Numbered from the stretch's first letter, positions 25,553 to 38,245 are shown. The stretch: DNA of 53,803 nucleotides from Octopus sinensis (GCF_006345805.1 NW_021833818.1:1-53803); one strand, 5' to 3'. Program-made: numbers and translations. The notes: generated by a model from the sequence alone, not told the origin.

Positions 25553-25991
25553 TATAATAATAATGATGATGATGATTATGATTATGATGATGATTTAGGC
25601 ACCACACCAGTAATTTCGAGTGGTAGGTGGCTAGTCGAGTACATAATTTCAAGTACTTGACTGGTTCTTTATTTCTATCGATGGTAGAAGAAGGATGAGA
25701 GTTAGAGTTGTCTCTGATGAAATCTGCTCTCAGAACGTAAATAACCGATGCAAGTACGGTGAAGAATTTTTCTGAAGCTCTAAAAATCCTCTCCAATCCA
25801 CGGTTCCAGAGCAATTTCTTGCATGTGCCCAAAGTCAGAAATATTGAGGAGGAATCGGTTGATTCTATTGGTTCTAGGACTTCACTGGAACTTCTTTTGT
25901 CGATTCCCGAATGGGGATGGGGAGTTGATTTTGGTAGGATTTGAACAGAAAACTAAAGCAACATAAGCAAGTATGAAGAAAAAAAAACATA

Positions 25992-26156
25992 GGCGCAGGA
26001 GTGGCTCTGTGGTAAGTAGTTTGCTTACGAATCACATGGTTCCGGGTTCAGTCCCACTGCGTGGCACCTTGGGCAAGTGACTCCAGCTATAGCCTCGGGT
26101 CGACCAAAGCTTTGTGAGTGGATTTGGTAGACAGAAACTGAAAGAAGCCCGTCGTA

Positions 26157-26188
<32 letters not shown>

Positions 26189-26403
26189 AATGTGTGTGTG
26201 TGTGTGTGTGTGTGTCTGTGTTTGTCCCCCAACTTCGCTTGACAACCGATGCTGGTGTGTTTACGTCCCCGATAGAATAAGTACTAATAAGTACTGGGCG
26301 TCCAAAGAATAAGTCCTGGGTTCGATTTGCTCGACTGAAGGCGGTGCTCCAGCATGGCCGCAGTCAAATGCCTGAAACAAGTAAAAGAGTAAAGAGAAAG
26401 AGA
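25992..26403 (+). mobile_element. SINE family A
   Basis: Full copy with a small internal deletion. Confidence 0.92.
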
Positions 26404-26814
26404 ATATCTTTCGTGTGCTTGTCATTTCTGCTTTTGGTCATTCTTCAATCATAATAATCATGATATATGGCTTAGGCATACAACTGCGCACTTCTCAGGT
26501 GAAGTGCAGTTGTTTAATTAACCCCTGCACTTCATCGTTTCGAAAACAATAAAAAAAACTGCCGCGAGAATTCTCCATTAAGAACGATGGAATAACTGTG
26601 TAAATAATACCGTAATTCATTTTGATATTATTGCCTAATATGAGTTACTGGTATTAAATGATTAATATCAGTGATTTATTTTTTCATGGTATAAATTATA
26701 TATTGCTTGCAGTGACACTAATCATCGATTACCACCACAGCCAGACAAACAAAGCGAAAACAATTCAACATCAAATTTATTTTAACGAAAACAAAATATG
26801 CGCTTGCACAAACC

Positions 26815-27597
26815 TATTTCTTTACTACCCACAAGGGGATAAACACAGGGAGGACAAACAAGGACATACAAAAGGATTAAGTCGATTATATTGATCCCAG
26901 TGCGTAACTGGTACTTAATTTATCGACCCCGAAAGATGAAAGGCAAAGTCGACCTCGGCGGAATTTGAACTCAGAACGTAGCGGCAGACGAAATACCTAT
27001 TTCTTTACTACCCACAAGGGGCTAAACACAGAGAAGACAAACAAGGACATACAAAAGGATTAAGTCGACTATATCGACCCCAGTGCGTAACTGGTACTTA
27101 ATTTATCGACCCCGAAAGGATGAAAAGCAAAGTCAACCTCGCCGGAATTTGAACTCAGAATGTAGCGGCAGACGAAATGCCTATTTCTTTACTACCCACG
27201 AGGGGCTAAACGCAGAGAGGACAAACAAGGACAGACAAAGGGATTAAGTCGATTACATCGACCCCAGTGCATAACTGGTACTTATTTAATCGACCCCGAA
27301 AGGACGAAAGGCAAAGTCAACCTCGGCGGAATTTGAACTTAGAACGTAGCGGCAGACGAAATACCTATTTCTTTACTACCCACAAGGGGCTAAACACAGA
27401 GAGGACAAACAAGGACAGACAAACGGATTAAGTCGATTATATCGACCCCAGTGCATAACTGGTACTTATTTAATCGACCCCGAAAGGATGAAAGGCAAAG
27501 TCAACCTCGGCGGAATTTGAACTCAGAACGTAGCGGCAGACGAAATACCGCTAAGCATCTCGCCCGGCGTGCTAACGATTCTGCCAGATCACCGCCT
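26815..27597 (-). mobile_element. SINE B tetramer (head + 4 units)
   Basis: Units start near 26812, 26995, 27179 and 27364; TSD tgcgc(t/a)tgcacaaacc at 26799-26814 and 27601-27616. Confidence 0.92.
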
Positions 27598-27670
27598 CTT
27601 TGCGCATGCACAAACCGTTTCATTCGGCTGATGATTAAAATGGGAAATGAAATATGTGGATTCAATGCTA

Positions 27671-27851
27671 GGCGCAGGAGGGGGCCGTGTTGTAAGTAGC
27701 TTGCTTACCAATCACATTGTCCCGGGTTCAGTCCCACTGCGTGGCACATTGGGTAAGTGTCTTCTACTATAGCCTTAGACCGACCAAAGCCTTGTGAGTG
27801 GATTTGGTAGACGGAAACTGAAAAGAAACCCGTCGTATATATGTATATGTC

Positions 27852-27883
<32 letters not shown>

Positions 27884-27909
27884 TGTGTGTGTGTGTGCGT
27901 GTGTGTGTG

Positions 27910-27957
<48 letters not shown>

Positions 27958-28171
27958 TGTGACTGTGTTTGTCCTCCCAACATCGCTTGGCAACCGATGC
28001 TGGTGTGTTTACGTCCCCGTAACTTAGCGGTTCGGCAAAAAGAGACCGATAGAATAAGTACTAGGCTTACAAAGAATAAGTCCTCGGGTCGACTTGCTCA
28101 GTCGACTAAAGGCGGTGCTCCAGCATGGCCACAGTCAAATAACTGAAACAAGTAAACGAGTAAATGTAAAG
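27671..28171 (+). mobile_element. SINE family A
   Basis: Full copy with expanded internal microsatellite. Confidence 0.92.
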
Positions 28172-28384
28172 TATAACAGAAGCGGAAACTTTTGCAACAC
28201 TGCAAAGGAATATACACGAAATTGATAAAAAGATAATCACATCTAAATACACGGCCGGATATTACTTTATAAGTCTCACATAAAAAGCAGAAAATCAGAT
28301 ATGGACTGAGAGTAAATTTTTATACTATAAAAACATTTAACAAGTTTACTCTTCTCCAGGAACTGTAACTACCACAATATACTT

Positions 28385-28799
28385 ACTCTTTTACTCTTTT
28401 ACTTGTTTCAGTCATTTGACTGCGGCCATGCTGGAGCACCGCCTTTTAATCGAGCAACTCGACCCCGGGACTTATTCTTTTGTAAGCCCAGTACTTATTC
28501 TATCGGTCTCTTTTTGCCTAACCGCTAAGTGACGGGGACGTAAACACACCAGCATCGGTTGTCAAGCAATGCTAGGGGAACAAACACAGACACACAAACA
28601 TATACACACACATATATATATATATATACATATATACGACAGTCTTCTTTCAGTTTCCGTCTACCAAATCCACTCACAAGGCATTGGTCGGCCCGGGGCT
28701 ATAGCAGAAGACACTTGCCCAAGATGCCACACAGTGGGACTGAACCCGGAACCATGTGGTTGGTTAGCAAGCTACTTACCACACAGCCACTCCTGCACC
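28385..28799 (-). mobile_element. SINE family A
   Basis: Full reverse copy. Confidence 0.92.
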
Positions 28800-29479
28800 T
28801 TGTACATAATCTTCGGAAAAAATAATTCTGATCTGAAACTTACCGAAAATCTCAACAATCTAAGTATTTTGGGAACATACGTACTTACGATATCAAACAA
28901 GTATTAAGATTTTTTTAACATTGAGAAAACTAGACAGAAGATTAGACTTAGTTCAAATAAACAAACTAATGACGAATCGAATAGGACTCAAAATGAGACT
29001 ACTATGGAATAATCGACCGTCCGAAGCCAAAACAGAACTATACAAACGAGAAGCAGCACATAAATAAATTAGGAGTAGAAAGTTTTAAAGATGGGAATTT
29101 CGAATCTTATGATAATCTAAATGTAGAAATTGTTGAAGTATTAAAATCGATTGAAGATCTTAGAGGCCAATGAAAGACATCCCAGAGATAAAACGATAAC
29201 ATAATGTATCTATAACATTTAAAAAAAGAAGAGAAAAAATAATGAAAGAAAATAAGAGTTTTGACCATCGTAGACATCGTGGAGACACATGCAAACATTT
29301 GATATAACGATCATAAATGCACCAGGCACAGTTGTAGACGGGGAAGACGGAGAATAAAAGAAATATCTCAATCATTAATGAAGTCTGAAACGATAAGATA
29401 AAAGAAAAGAAAGTTAGACAATTGCTACAGAAATACAGCGAACGACATAGCAAAAGAAGAACCAGCGAGCCAACAATAG

Positions 29480-30240
29480 TTCCTCTATGTTGTTTCTCAA
29501 TATGCTGGAAATAGCAGCTGAATCTCCTTAAAATTTCACTCTGTCAGTGTTGATGACTTAATCAGAGAAACAGGGCAGTACGCGTATGATTATTTTCAGG
29601 GCTTCCGTGAGAGATGGTCCTTAATTCTTGCAACAAAGTGGGCTCAGCTCCAGCCGCCGCAAGGTTAGATTGTAATGTTAATCCGGGTCAGGGATTCGCG
29701 CCTAAACAGCAAAGTTGAAAAACAAAAAGCAAATTGGACATTGTGCATTGCAGTCCTAGATACACAAAATGACGGAATGTTCATGGCTGGAATGTCTCAA
29801 TCAGAGCAGACTTGTGACTAAACAATGACAAAAGAACTGGAGATCAAAGAGCAACGCAGATAAGAGAACTTCGTTAAACCATTAAGAATCTGTCAAAAGC
29901 GACGACATTATACAAAACAATTTGCTTGAAACTGTCTGCCATCTTTCTAAGATCAACAACATAAACAAAACACTGATTGAGAACGAAGAAAATGGACAAA
30001 GATCTGTGAACAAGAAATGGAAGCCTGCTATAAACAATGGTCATTCATTGTGCTAGAAATAACAGCTAAATCTCTCTCAAATCGAACCCTTCTGCTAACA
30101 ATGGGAAGTACACCGTCAATGATAACTGTTCTCAGACACAGACCGCCTTCTCCACCTGCACCCACCAGAATGCAAGAGAACCTACAAGGAAGACTCTATG
30201 TTAGTCACTCTGCTAGAAATAGCAGTTACATTTCTTTCAG
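29480..30240 (+). mobile_element. Cluster of old SINE fragments sharing tgctagaaatagcagc.aaatctc
   Basis: Motif recurs near 29503, 30051 and 30211; related reverse fragment near 32470-32630. Confidence 0.45.
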
Positions 30241-30329
30241 TTAAAATAAACAACAGACATGCTCTGTTCGTTGCAGAAACTGCAGGGGCTACTTAAAGAT
30301 GTTACAAACTCTTCTGATCACGACTAAAG

Positions 30330-31432
30330 CCATTGCGATTTTGGAAACATTATTCAACCTTCAACTGTTCCAGGACATCTTCCTTGCAATATTCTGGGGC
30401 AACGCCTTAACCAATTTGTCTGACATCGAAAGAGGTCAAGTCTTGCTGAGTCATTTTCTCCCATACCAAAACATCCATTCTCAAATATTCAGAGCTTATT
30501 CCTGTGTTTTCTCCTAGATTGCCAGCTTTATTAGTCTCCTCAGTAGCAGTGGGAAGTTTTTGTGGATCTTATATATAATACTAGATGGTCCTGGAGCAGT
30601 GCATATCCAAGCTGTTACTTCATTGAGAGTGAAATCTGTCATATTGAAAGGGACATGTGGCGTTAGCAACAAGAAAGGACAGTCTGCTTGTGGAATGTCT
30701 TTCTTGGGGTCACAATGTACTGCTGCCACTCTTCCTTAAAATGTATCACCTTCCCTCTTTTCGGTCTTCCAACGAGATCAGTTGGGAACCAGAAGTATTT
30801 TTAATACTCTTTTACTCTTTTACTTGTTTCAGTCATTTTGACTGCGGTCATGCTGGAGCACCGCCTTTAGTCGAGCAAATCGACCCTGGGACTTATTCTT
30901 TGTAAGCCCAGTACTTGTTCTATCGGTCTCTTTTGCCGAACCGCTAAGTGACGGGGACGTAAACACACCAGCATCGGTTGTCAAGCAATGCTAAGGGGAC
31001 AAACACAGACACACAAACACACACATATATATACATATATACGATAGGCTTCTTTCAGTTCCCGTCTACCAAATCCACTCACAAGGCATTGGTCGGCCCG
31101 GGGCTATAGCAGAAGACACTTGCCCAAGATGCCACGCAGTGGGACTGAACTCGGAACCATGTGGTTGGTTAGCAAGCTACTTACCACACAGCCACTCATG
31201 CGCCTATAAATATTTTCTCTCTTTCTCTATTTTTATCTTATTCCTGCTCTACGAAGCTGCACCAAGTCTTTCCATATTTCTGAGCTCCACAGGTTTAACG
31301 CTTCTTTTTCTTTATCATTTGCTTCTCTCCGCCTTTTCTTCAGCCGTTTTAGCTCATTCGTCAGTTCTTTAAGCTGATGTTGCCTTCTACTGTGACAAAG
31401 AAGCTTCCCGTTTTTCCTTCCTTCATGTCAAA
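30330..31432 (-). pseudogene. HERO/NeSL-like (R2 superfamily) non-LTR retrotransposon relic, RT N-terminal region
   Basis: Minus strand reads SRRQHQLKELTNELKRLKKRRREA..LVQLRRA, then ORF 30514-30729 HCDP..EV..APGPSSIIYKIHKNFPLLLRRL; interrupted by SINE A. Confidence 0.7.
30806..31204 (-). mobile_element. SINE family A
   Basis: Full reverse copy. Confidence 0.92.
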
Positions 31433-31440
31433 TGCATCTT

Positions 31441-31846
31441 GGATCTTTTCGGTTTGAACGGCAGTTTTTTCTAGCAATGTCATATGAAATTTTCACCCAT
31501 AATTATGACCCTAGTATCGATCTATTGCATTTCAATCTGTTTTAGGGTTAGGGTTAGGGGTGGGGGGAAGGATATCTTTTTTCTTCACAAATGTAAATAA
31601 ACCCAATCTGTTTCTTAAACGAGGGACATATTCATACGGCACAAAATGTTTTCACTTCAATAGACGTCATTGATTGGTTGAAATTTCAGAAATTGAAGAA
31701 AAAACCAACAAATATCTTACAAACTATAGAATTTTCTCAATAAAGCCAAGATGTTTTATAAATACATTCTACCAGTATACGAAGTTTAAAATTTTTTAGT
31801 TACCTAGAAATTATGTTAAAAACTGCCTTTCAAACCGAAAAGATCC
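31441..31846. mobile_element. MITE with ~29-bp TIRs, 8-bp TSD and internal TTAGGG repeats (Merlin-like)
   Basis: TIRs ggatcttttcggtttgaacggcagttttt / aaaaactgcctttcaaaccgaaaagatcc; TSD tgcatctt at 31433-31440 and 31847-31854. Confidence 0.9.
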
Positions 31847-32067
31847 TGCATCTTGACATGAACTTGCATTTTGGTTCCTGTCTTCTTTCTTCAATATCCT
31901 TTCAGAATATTACTTAAAATGAGGCTTAGCTATTACAGGTGTTAAATACTCCATTGTCAAATTCACAGAGATGCTACGAAGACTGAATTTAAAAAATAGT
32001 TGTTGATCAACAAAGGCATAACTGAAGATGGTCCGATGGATTAATTACCAGAAGAATTTTTACAGTT

Positions 32068-32442
32068 AGTGTTGTTGCTGTTGCTGTTTGTTTGTTGAGC
32101 GAAGCGGTCTTCGTCCCAGAGTGGGAGAAGTCCAAAACGTAGTCCTTTGCTATTCGTAAGACCCGCAGAAGAGAAAGCAGGTCAACCCCCGACACCGAGA
32201 GCATCGACGGATGGATGAATGCGCATCCAGGCTCAGCGGTTGCGTAGGAAGTCGGGGACAAGAAACAGAAAGAAAGAGTGAGAGAAAATTGGAGCGAAAG
32301 AGTACAACAGGGGTCACCACCACCCCCTGCCGGAGCCTCGTGGAGCTCTAGGTGTTTTCGCTCAATAAACACACACAACGCCCGGTCTGGGAATCGAAAC
32401 CGCGAGTCCGCTCCCCTAACCATTGGGCCATTGCGCCTCCAC
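32068..32442 (-). mobile_element. SINE C, tail type 4, ending in (CAA)-rich repeat
   Basis: C head and body on the minus strand; unique tail at about 32100-32270. Confidence 0.85.
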
Positions 32443-33271
32443 TTGCTGTTGCTGTTGTTGTTGTTTTTGTTGTTTTTAACCCCAGGTTAGTCATTTCCAT
32501 CACGTCCATTTTAAGTCAGTGTAAGTAGAAATTCAATATCATATACCACCGTCCCATTCTTTTCAAGACGGTAATTTGAGGGATGTTTGGCTGTTATTTT
32601 GTTTTCGGGTCCAGTGACTGCATAAAGGTTCCGTCGCTGATTCCTCTTTTGAACTTCACGTCACAGCTCCAGGTTCTGGCAATATTTACCATGACTTTAA
32701 AGCAGCAGCGTTTACAAGTAAATACATCGAATTAATTATGTCGTGAGCAAACAGAAACATTTCTACAGCTCTAAACAGAAGAAAGGATTGTAAAACCGAT
32801 CGCTGTTTGTAGAAGAATATTCTAAACGACTGTTTCTTTGTGTCTCTCTTTTTCTCTCCCTCTTTTTCTTTCCCTCCCCCTCTCTCTCTCTCTTTCCCTC
32901 CCTCTCTCTCTCTCTCACTCATTCTCTCTATTCCTTTTCTATCTGGCATTAATACCATTAAACAACATTCTAAATCAAACATTATACGTTTACTATAGCT
33001 TGGCAATCAACCATTTCCGTCCAATGGATGATTAATTTGTACTGTAGATATTTTTAATGATTTTTTTTTTCACAATGGCTGTAACTGGAGCGGAAAAGTA
33101 CAAACGATTGTACTTGAAGCATTCGAGGCCTGAAAGCTTAAAGCAGAGTGGAATTGACTGAAATCTGTTGAGTAAAGTGCACGGATTTAGTAGAGATATT
33201 AACATAAATTCAGTTTAGAGAAAATACACTGAGGCAAACTTTGAAGAAAGGGAATCATTAAAAATCATTTA

Positions 33272-33769
33272 TACCTATTTATTTACTACCCACAAGGGAT
33301 TAAACACAGAGAGGACAAACAAGGACAGACAAACGGATTAAGTCGATTATATCGACCCAGTGCGTAACTGGTACTTATTTAATCGACCCCGAAAGGATAA
33401 AAGGCAAAGTCGACCTCGGCGGAATTTGAACTCAGAACGTAGCGGCAAACGAAATACCTATTTCTTTACTACCCACAAGGAGCTAAACACAGAGGGGACA
33501 AACAAGGCCAGACATAGGTATTAAGTTGATTATATCGACTCCAGTGCATAACTGGTACTTATTTAATCGACCCCGAAAGGTTGAAAGGCAAAGTCGACCT
33601 CGGCGGAATTTGAACTCAGAACGTAACGTCAGACGAAATACCTATTTCTTTACTACCCACAGGGAGCTAAACACAGAGGAGACAAACAAGGCCAGACATG
33701 GGTATTAAGTCGATTACATCGGCTACGCATTTCACCCGGCGTGCTAACGTTTCTGTCAGCTCACCGCCT
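33272..33769 (-). mobile_element. SINE B trimer (one unit partly deleted)
   Basis: Flanked by ttaaaaatc..tttatacc on both sides. Confidence 0.88.
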
Positions 33770-33857
33770 TAAAAATCCCTTATACCATGTTAGATGAAGA
33801 AACAGAGTTGAGAGATTTAGGTCGAATGCAGACATAGACTTGTTTATGAATTAATGA

Positions 33858-34155
33858 TCACCGTGATCACCGTGACCGACCAGGCTATCAGATGTTGCTA
33901 CACATCGCTGGTCACAATGCGCTTCACATTGTTTTAGCCTTCAAATTACGCCACCCCGCTGGCTAAGCGAGCAGGCCAACAGAAGAAAGAGTGAGAGAAA
34001 GTTGTGGCGAAAGAGTACAGCGGGGGTCGCCTCCACCCCCTGCCGGAGCCTCGTGAAGCATTAGGTATTTTCGCTCAATAAACACTCCCAACGCCCGGTC
34101 TGGGAATCGAAACCGCAAGTCCGCTGCCCTAACCACTGGGCCATTGCGCCTCCAC
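33858..34155 (-). mobile_element. SINE C, tail type 5
   Basis: TSD atg(a/g)attaatga at 33846-33857 and 34156-34167; ends in (tcacggtga)-type repeats. Confidence 0.88.
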
Positions 34156-34169
34156 ATGGATTAATGAAT

Positions 34170-34376
34170 TGGACAGAATACAAGATATGTAAATGAAGGA
34201 AATGCTTAGGAAGGAATGTTATAGTTCTATTAGTTTAATACTAAAATCTGAGGTAAATAACATGAAATAAATATAGTAGAAGGTATTAGTAGTCTTCGTT
34301 CAACATATAGGTCTCTTTTGATATTCTGAACTGATTAAAGGTGAAGGGAAATTATGACTAGATTTATGTTACACAA
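34170..34376 (+). pseudogene. Highly degraded R4/Dong-type RT fragment
   Basis: KEMLRKECYSSISLILKSEVN resembles KE..RKEY.RR.R.ILKSELN; may continue at about 35540-35660. Confidence 0.5.
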
Positions 34377-34646
34377 GTGGATGCGCGTGGCTTAGTGGTT
34401 AGGGTGTCAGCATCATGATCGTAAGATTATGGTTTCGATTCCTGGACCGGGCGACGCGTTGTGTTCTTGAGCAAAACACTTCATTTCACGTTGCTCCAGT
34501 CCACTCAGCTGGCAAAAATGAGTAACACTGCAATGGACTGGCGTCCCGTCCAGCTGGGGAACACATACGCCATTGAAACCGGGAAACCGGGCCTATGAGC
34601 ATGGCTAGGCTTGAAAAAGGGTGCATTTAGCTATTTATTTATTTAT
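34377..34646 (+). mobile_element. SINE family E (tRNA head, CORE-like domain, (ATTT)n tail)
   Basis: A box tggcttagtgg, B box ggtttcgattcc, cttgagcaaaacactt; TSD tttatgttacacaa at 34363-34376 and 34647-34660. Confidence 0.88.
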
Positions 34647-34839
34647 TTTATGTTACACAAAAAGCTAATAGAGAAAGATACGATAGAGGCTCTTTCAACA
34701 AGGAAATTAATATAAAATATTCCGGTAAAACGAAAGTGTTACAAGTAGCTACAAAAAATATATAACACTAAATTTTTAAAATCTGGTTTTTCAAATTGTG
34801 AGTTAAATGACACTTGGAAACAAAAACAATAGCAAATAT

Positions 34840-35035
34840 TGCCACAAAGCTAGCAATCTCGGGGTATGGTCAGTCGATTGCATCGACCCTTCTACTTAAC
34901 TGGTGTTTATTTTATCGACCCCGAAAGGATAAGAGGTAAAGTTGACCTGTATACAGTTTGAACACAGAACGTAAAGATGGACAAAATGTCGCTGTTTCGC
35001 CTGGAGTACTTAAGATTCTGCCAGCCCACCGCCTT
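34840..35035 (-). mobile_element. Degraded SINE B, B2 tail
   Basis: atcgaccccgaaaggat..ctgccagcccaccgcc. Confidence 0.75.
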
Positions 35036-35117
35036 AGCAAGTATTAATATATTAAAAAACAATTTTAATGATATTAAGGAAGGAGTTGTAAAGTATGCTT
35101 AAACGTTGACAACGAAC

Positions 35118-35533
35118 GTATCTTTTCGGTTTGAACGGCAGTTTTTCTAGCGTTGTCATATGAAATTATCACCCATAATTATGACCCTATTGCATTTCAA
35201 GCTATTTTAGAGTTAGGGTTAGTTAGGGTTAGGGGTGGAGGGAAGGGTATCCTTTTTTCTTCACAAATGTAAATAAACCCAATCTGTTTCTTAAACGAGG
35301 GACATATTCATACGGCACAGAATTTTGTTTACCTCAATAGACGTCATTGATTGGTTGAAATTGCAGAAATTGAAGAAAAACAACAACAAATATCTTACAA
35401 ACTATACAATTTTCTCAATAAAGCCAAGAGAAAAAGATGTTTTATGAACACATTCTACCAGTATACGAAGTTTAAAATATTTTAGTTACCTAGAAATTAT
35501 GTTAAAAACTACCGTTCAAACAGAAAAAGATTC
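35118..35533. mobile_element. Second copy of the TTAGGG-containing MITE
   Basis: Collinear with 31441-31846; TSD caacgaac / caacaaac. Confidence 0.88.
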
Positions 35534-35733
35534 CAACAAACACCTTTATGTGGTTAATAAATAGCAAAACTAAATAATTAAACGGAGAGAAAATTTAGCA
35601 GCACTGGTCGAGAAATCCAGAACTCCGACCAAAGAGCTCAACAGAAATATCCATCCAAAAATATTTACTGGAAAAAATTTAGAGGCTTCCATTCACAAGA
35701 AACAGCTGATTGCCAAGCAACAACCGTTGTATA

Positions 35734-36134
35734 CCTATTTCTTTATTACCCACAGGGGGCTAAACATAGAGAGGACAAACAATGCCAGACATAGGTATGA
35801 AGTCGATTACATCGACCCCAGTGTGTAACTGGTACTTATTTAATCGACCCCGAAAGGATGAAAGGCAAAGTCGACATCGGCGGAATTTGAACTCAGAACG
35901 TAGCGGCAGACGAAATACCTATTTCTTTACTACCCTCAAGGGGCTAAACATAGAGAGGACAAACAAGGCCAGACATAGGTATTAAGTCGATTACATCGGC
36001 CCCAGTGTGTAACTGGTACTTAATTTATCGACCCCGAAAGGATGAAAGGTAATTTGAACTCTGAACGTAGCGGCAGACGAAATACTGCTAAGCATTTCGC
36101 CCGGCGTGCTAACGTTTCTGCCCGCTCGCCGCCC
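35734..36134 (-). mobile_element. SINE B dimer
   Basis: TSD caaccgttgtatac. Confidence 0.9.
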
Positions 36135-36323
36135 TAATTCAACCGTTGTATACGGTCTGGTTTAAACTTTTGTTAAAGATCTTAATGCAAGAGCGAAAAC
36201 GAATACAAAAAACGAATTGGAGAGGGATCCCTGGGAATATTCGTCTTCTGATAATGATAGATTTTGCAATTTGCACGATTGGTTTTAATAGAAGGTCTAT
36301 TTACTCTTGATATAATAGAATTC

Positions 36324-37005
36324 AGGCGTGGCTGTGTTGTAAGAAGCTTGCTTTCCAACTCCATGGTTTTGAATTCAGCCCCACGGCATTGCACCTTGGC
36401 CAAGTGTCTTCTGCTATAGACTCGGGCCGACTAGGGACTTGTCAGCGGATTTGGTAGACGAAAACTGAAAGAAGCCTGTCGTATCTGTGTGTATGTGTTT
36501 GTGTGTGTGTGTTTGTGTGTCTGTGTTTGTGTGTGTGTGTGTGTGTCTGTCTGTCTGTATGTGTGTTTGTCCCTGCTACCTATTTCTATTTCTTTACTAC
36601 CTACAAGGGGCTAAACACAGAGAGAACAGACAAACGGAGTAAGTCGATTACATCGATTCCAGTGCGTAACTGGTACTTATTTAATCGACCACGAAAGGAT
36701 GAAAGCCAAAGTCGACCTCGCCGGAATTTGAACTCAAAAGATAACCGCAGACGAAATACCACTAAGAATTTCACCCGGCGTGCTACCGTTTCTGCCAGCT
36801 CGCCTTGTCCCTGCTACCGCTTGACAACTCGTATTGATGTGTTTACGTCCCCGTAAGCTAGCGGTTCGGCAAAAGTGAACGATAGAATAAGTACCTGGTT
36901 TTTAAAAAATAAGTACTGAGGTAGATTCATTTTCGACCAAAGATTCTTGAAAGCAGTGCTCCAGCATGGTCGCAGTCTAATGAGTGAAACGAGTAAAAGG
37001 TAAAA
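36324..37005 (+). mobile_element. Older SINE A with nested SINE B
   Basis: A halves lie on either side of 36581-36804. Confidence 0.8.
36581..36804 (-). mobile_element. SINE B monomer nested in SINE A
   Basis: TSD ttgtccctgctacc at 36567-36580 and 36805-36818. Confidence 0.9.
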
Positions 37006-37123
37006 CGTTTTACATATTTTTTTTTATCTAAACTCTTACCCAACCCTATATTTATTCTGGACCGTCCTTGTAATGTACTTTCTCATTCCATGCTTCTGTG
37101 GCAAATACGAGAAATCATTATCA

Positions 37124-37160
<37 letters not shown>

Positions 37161-37294
37161 CAGTTTTATTGAATGTAATTGTTTGAAGTGTTTTTTTATA
37201 GCAGCAAAAAGTGATTTTCTTTGTCCGCCAAAAAGACCGAAATCTTGTCATGAAATAGAGGAAAAAAACGCAACCGCAGAATATTTACGGGATG

Positions 37295-37810
37295 TAAAAA
37301 AACAACAACCACATACATTATTTCTGGTTGCCCATTCTTAACCAGAAGAGAGAATATAAACGAACATGACTGAGCTTGCAAATTGGCAATAATACCACCA
37401 TTATATAATACCCACATAGAACGGGATAGTACAAACACAACTTAGCAGATCACAGAGAATGATATAAAGACTACATTCTGGAATTAGGGGATTCTAAAAA
37501 TATGGAGATTAGGGGAAGATTATCCTGATAATATTATGAATGACAGTAGGAGAAGAGCTCCAAATCGTGATATCGGTTTTAATGGATGGTTTTTATAGCT
37601 CTGAAAGAAAAGGGGAAAATATTCCCATGCAAAATCTTGGTAATAAGAGTGGCTGTGTGGTAAGTAGCTTGCTAACCAGCCACATGGTTCCGGGTTCAGT
37701 CCCACTGCGTGGCAACTTGGGCAAGTGTCTTCTGCTATAGCCTTGGGCCGACCAAAGCCTTGTGAGTGGATTTAGTAGACGGAAACTGAAAGAAGCCTGT
37801 CGTATATATG

Positions 37811-37862
<52 letters not shown>

Positions 37863-38245
37863 TGTGTGTGTGTTTGTCCCCTAGCATTGCTTGACAACCG
37901 ATGCTGGTGTGTTTACGTCCCCGTCACTTAGCGGTTCGGGAAAAGAGACCGATAGAATAAGTACTGGGCTTACAAAGAATAAGTCCCGGGGTCGATTTGC
38001 TCGACTAAAGGCGGTGCTCCAGCATGGCCGCAGTCAAATGACTGAAACAAGTAAAAGAGTAAAAGAGAGAGTAATAGAGATAGCTACAGTGTGAAGTTAG
38101 AAAACAAAATTAACTCTCTTAAAGATATAGAGAGTTGTACTGACAAAGCAGGGACATCTCAAGACGTAAGCATATAAACAACATGGAAAAGATAGCATCA
38201 CCACACACTGCAAAGATTTGGCATAGAACACTTTGATACATCAGA
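37295..38245 (+). pseudogene. Degraded R4/Dong-type C-terminal region split by SINE A
   Basis: TYIISGCPFLTRRE..EHD; YPDNIMND; after the SINE: VIEIATV*..MEKIASPHTAKIWHRTL*. Confidence 0.65.
37647..38070 (+). mobile_element. SINE family A
   Basis: Near-full copy. Confidence 0.92.

Noticed and set aside
25713-25740. ctgatga followed by aa, a possible hammerhead core
   Set aside because: Lies in a decayed SINE B; I could not form supporting stems.
26815-27597. Regular repeats resembling a CRISPR array
   Set aside because: Units are contiguous ~184-bp SINE bodies with no unique spacers and no cas genes, in eukaryotic DNA.
31545-31570. True telomere or chromosome fusion site
   Set aside because: Only about three units, internal to a MITE present twice in the window.
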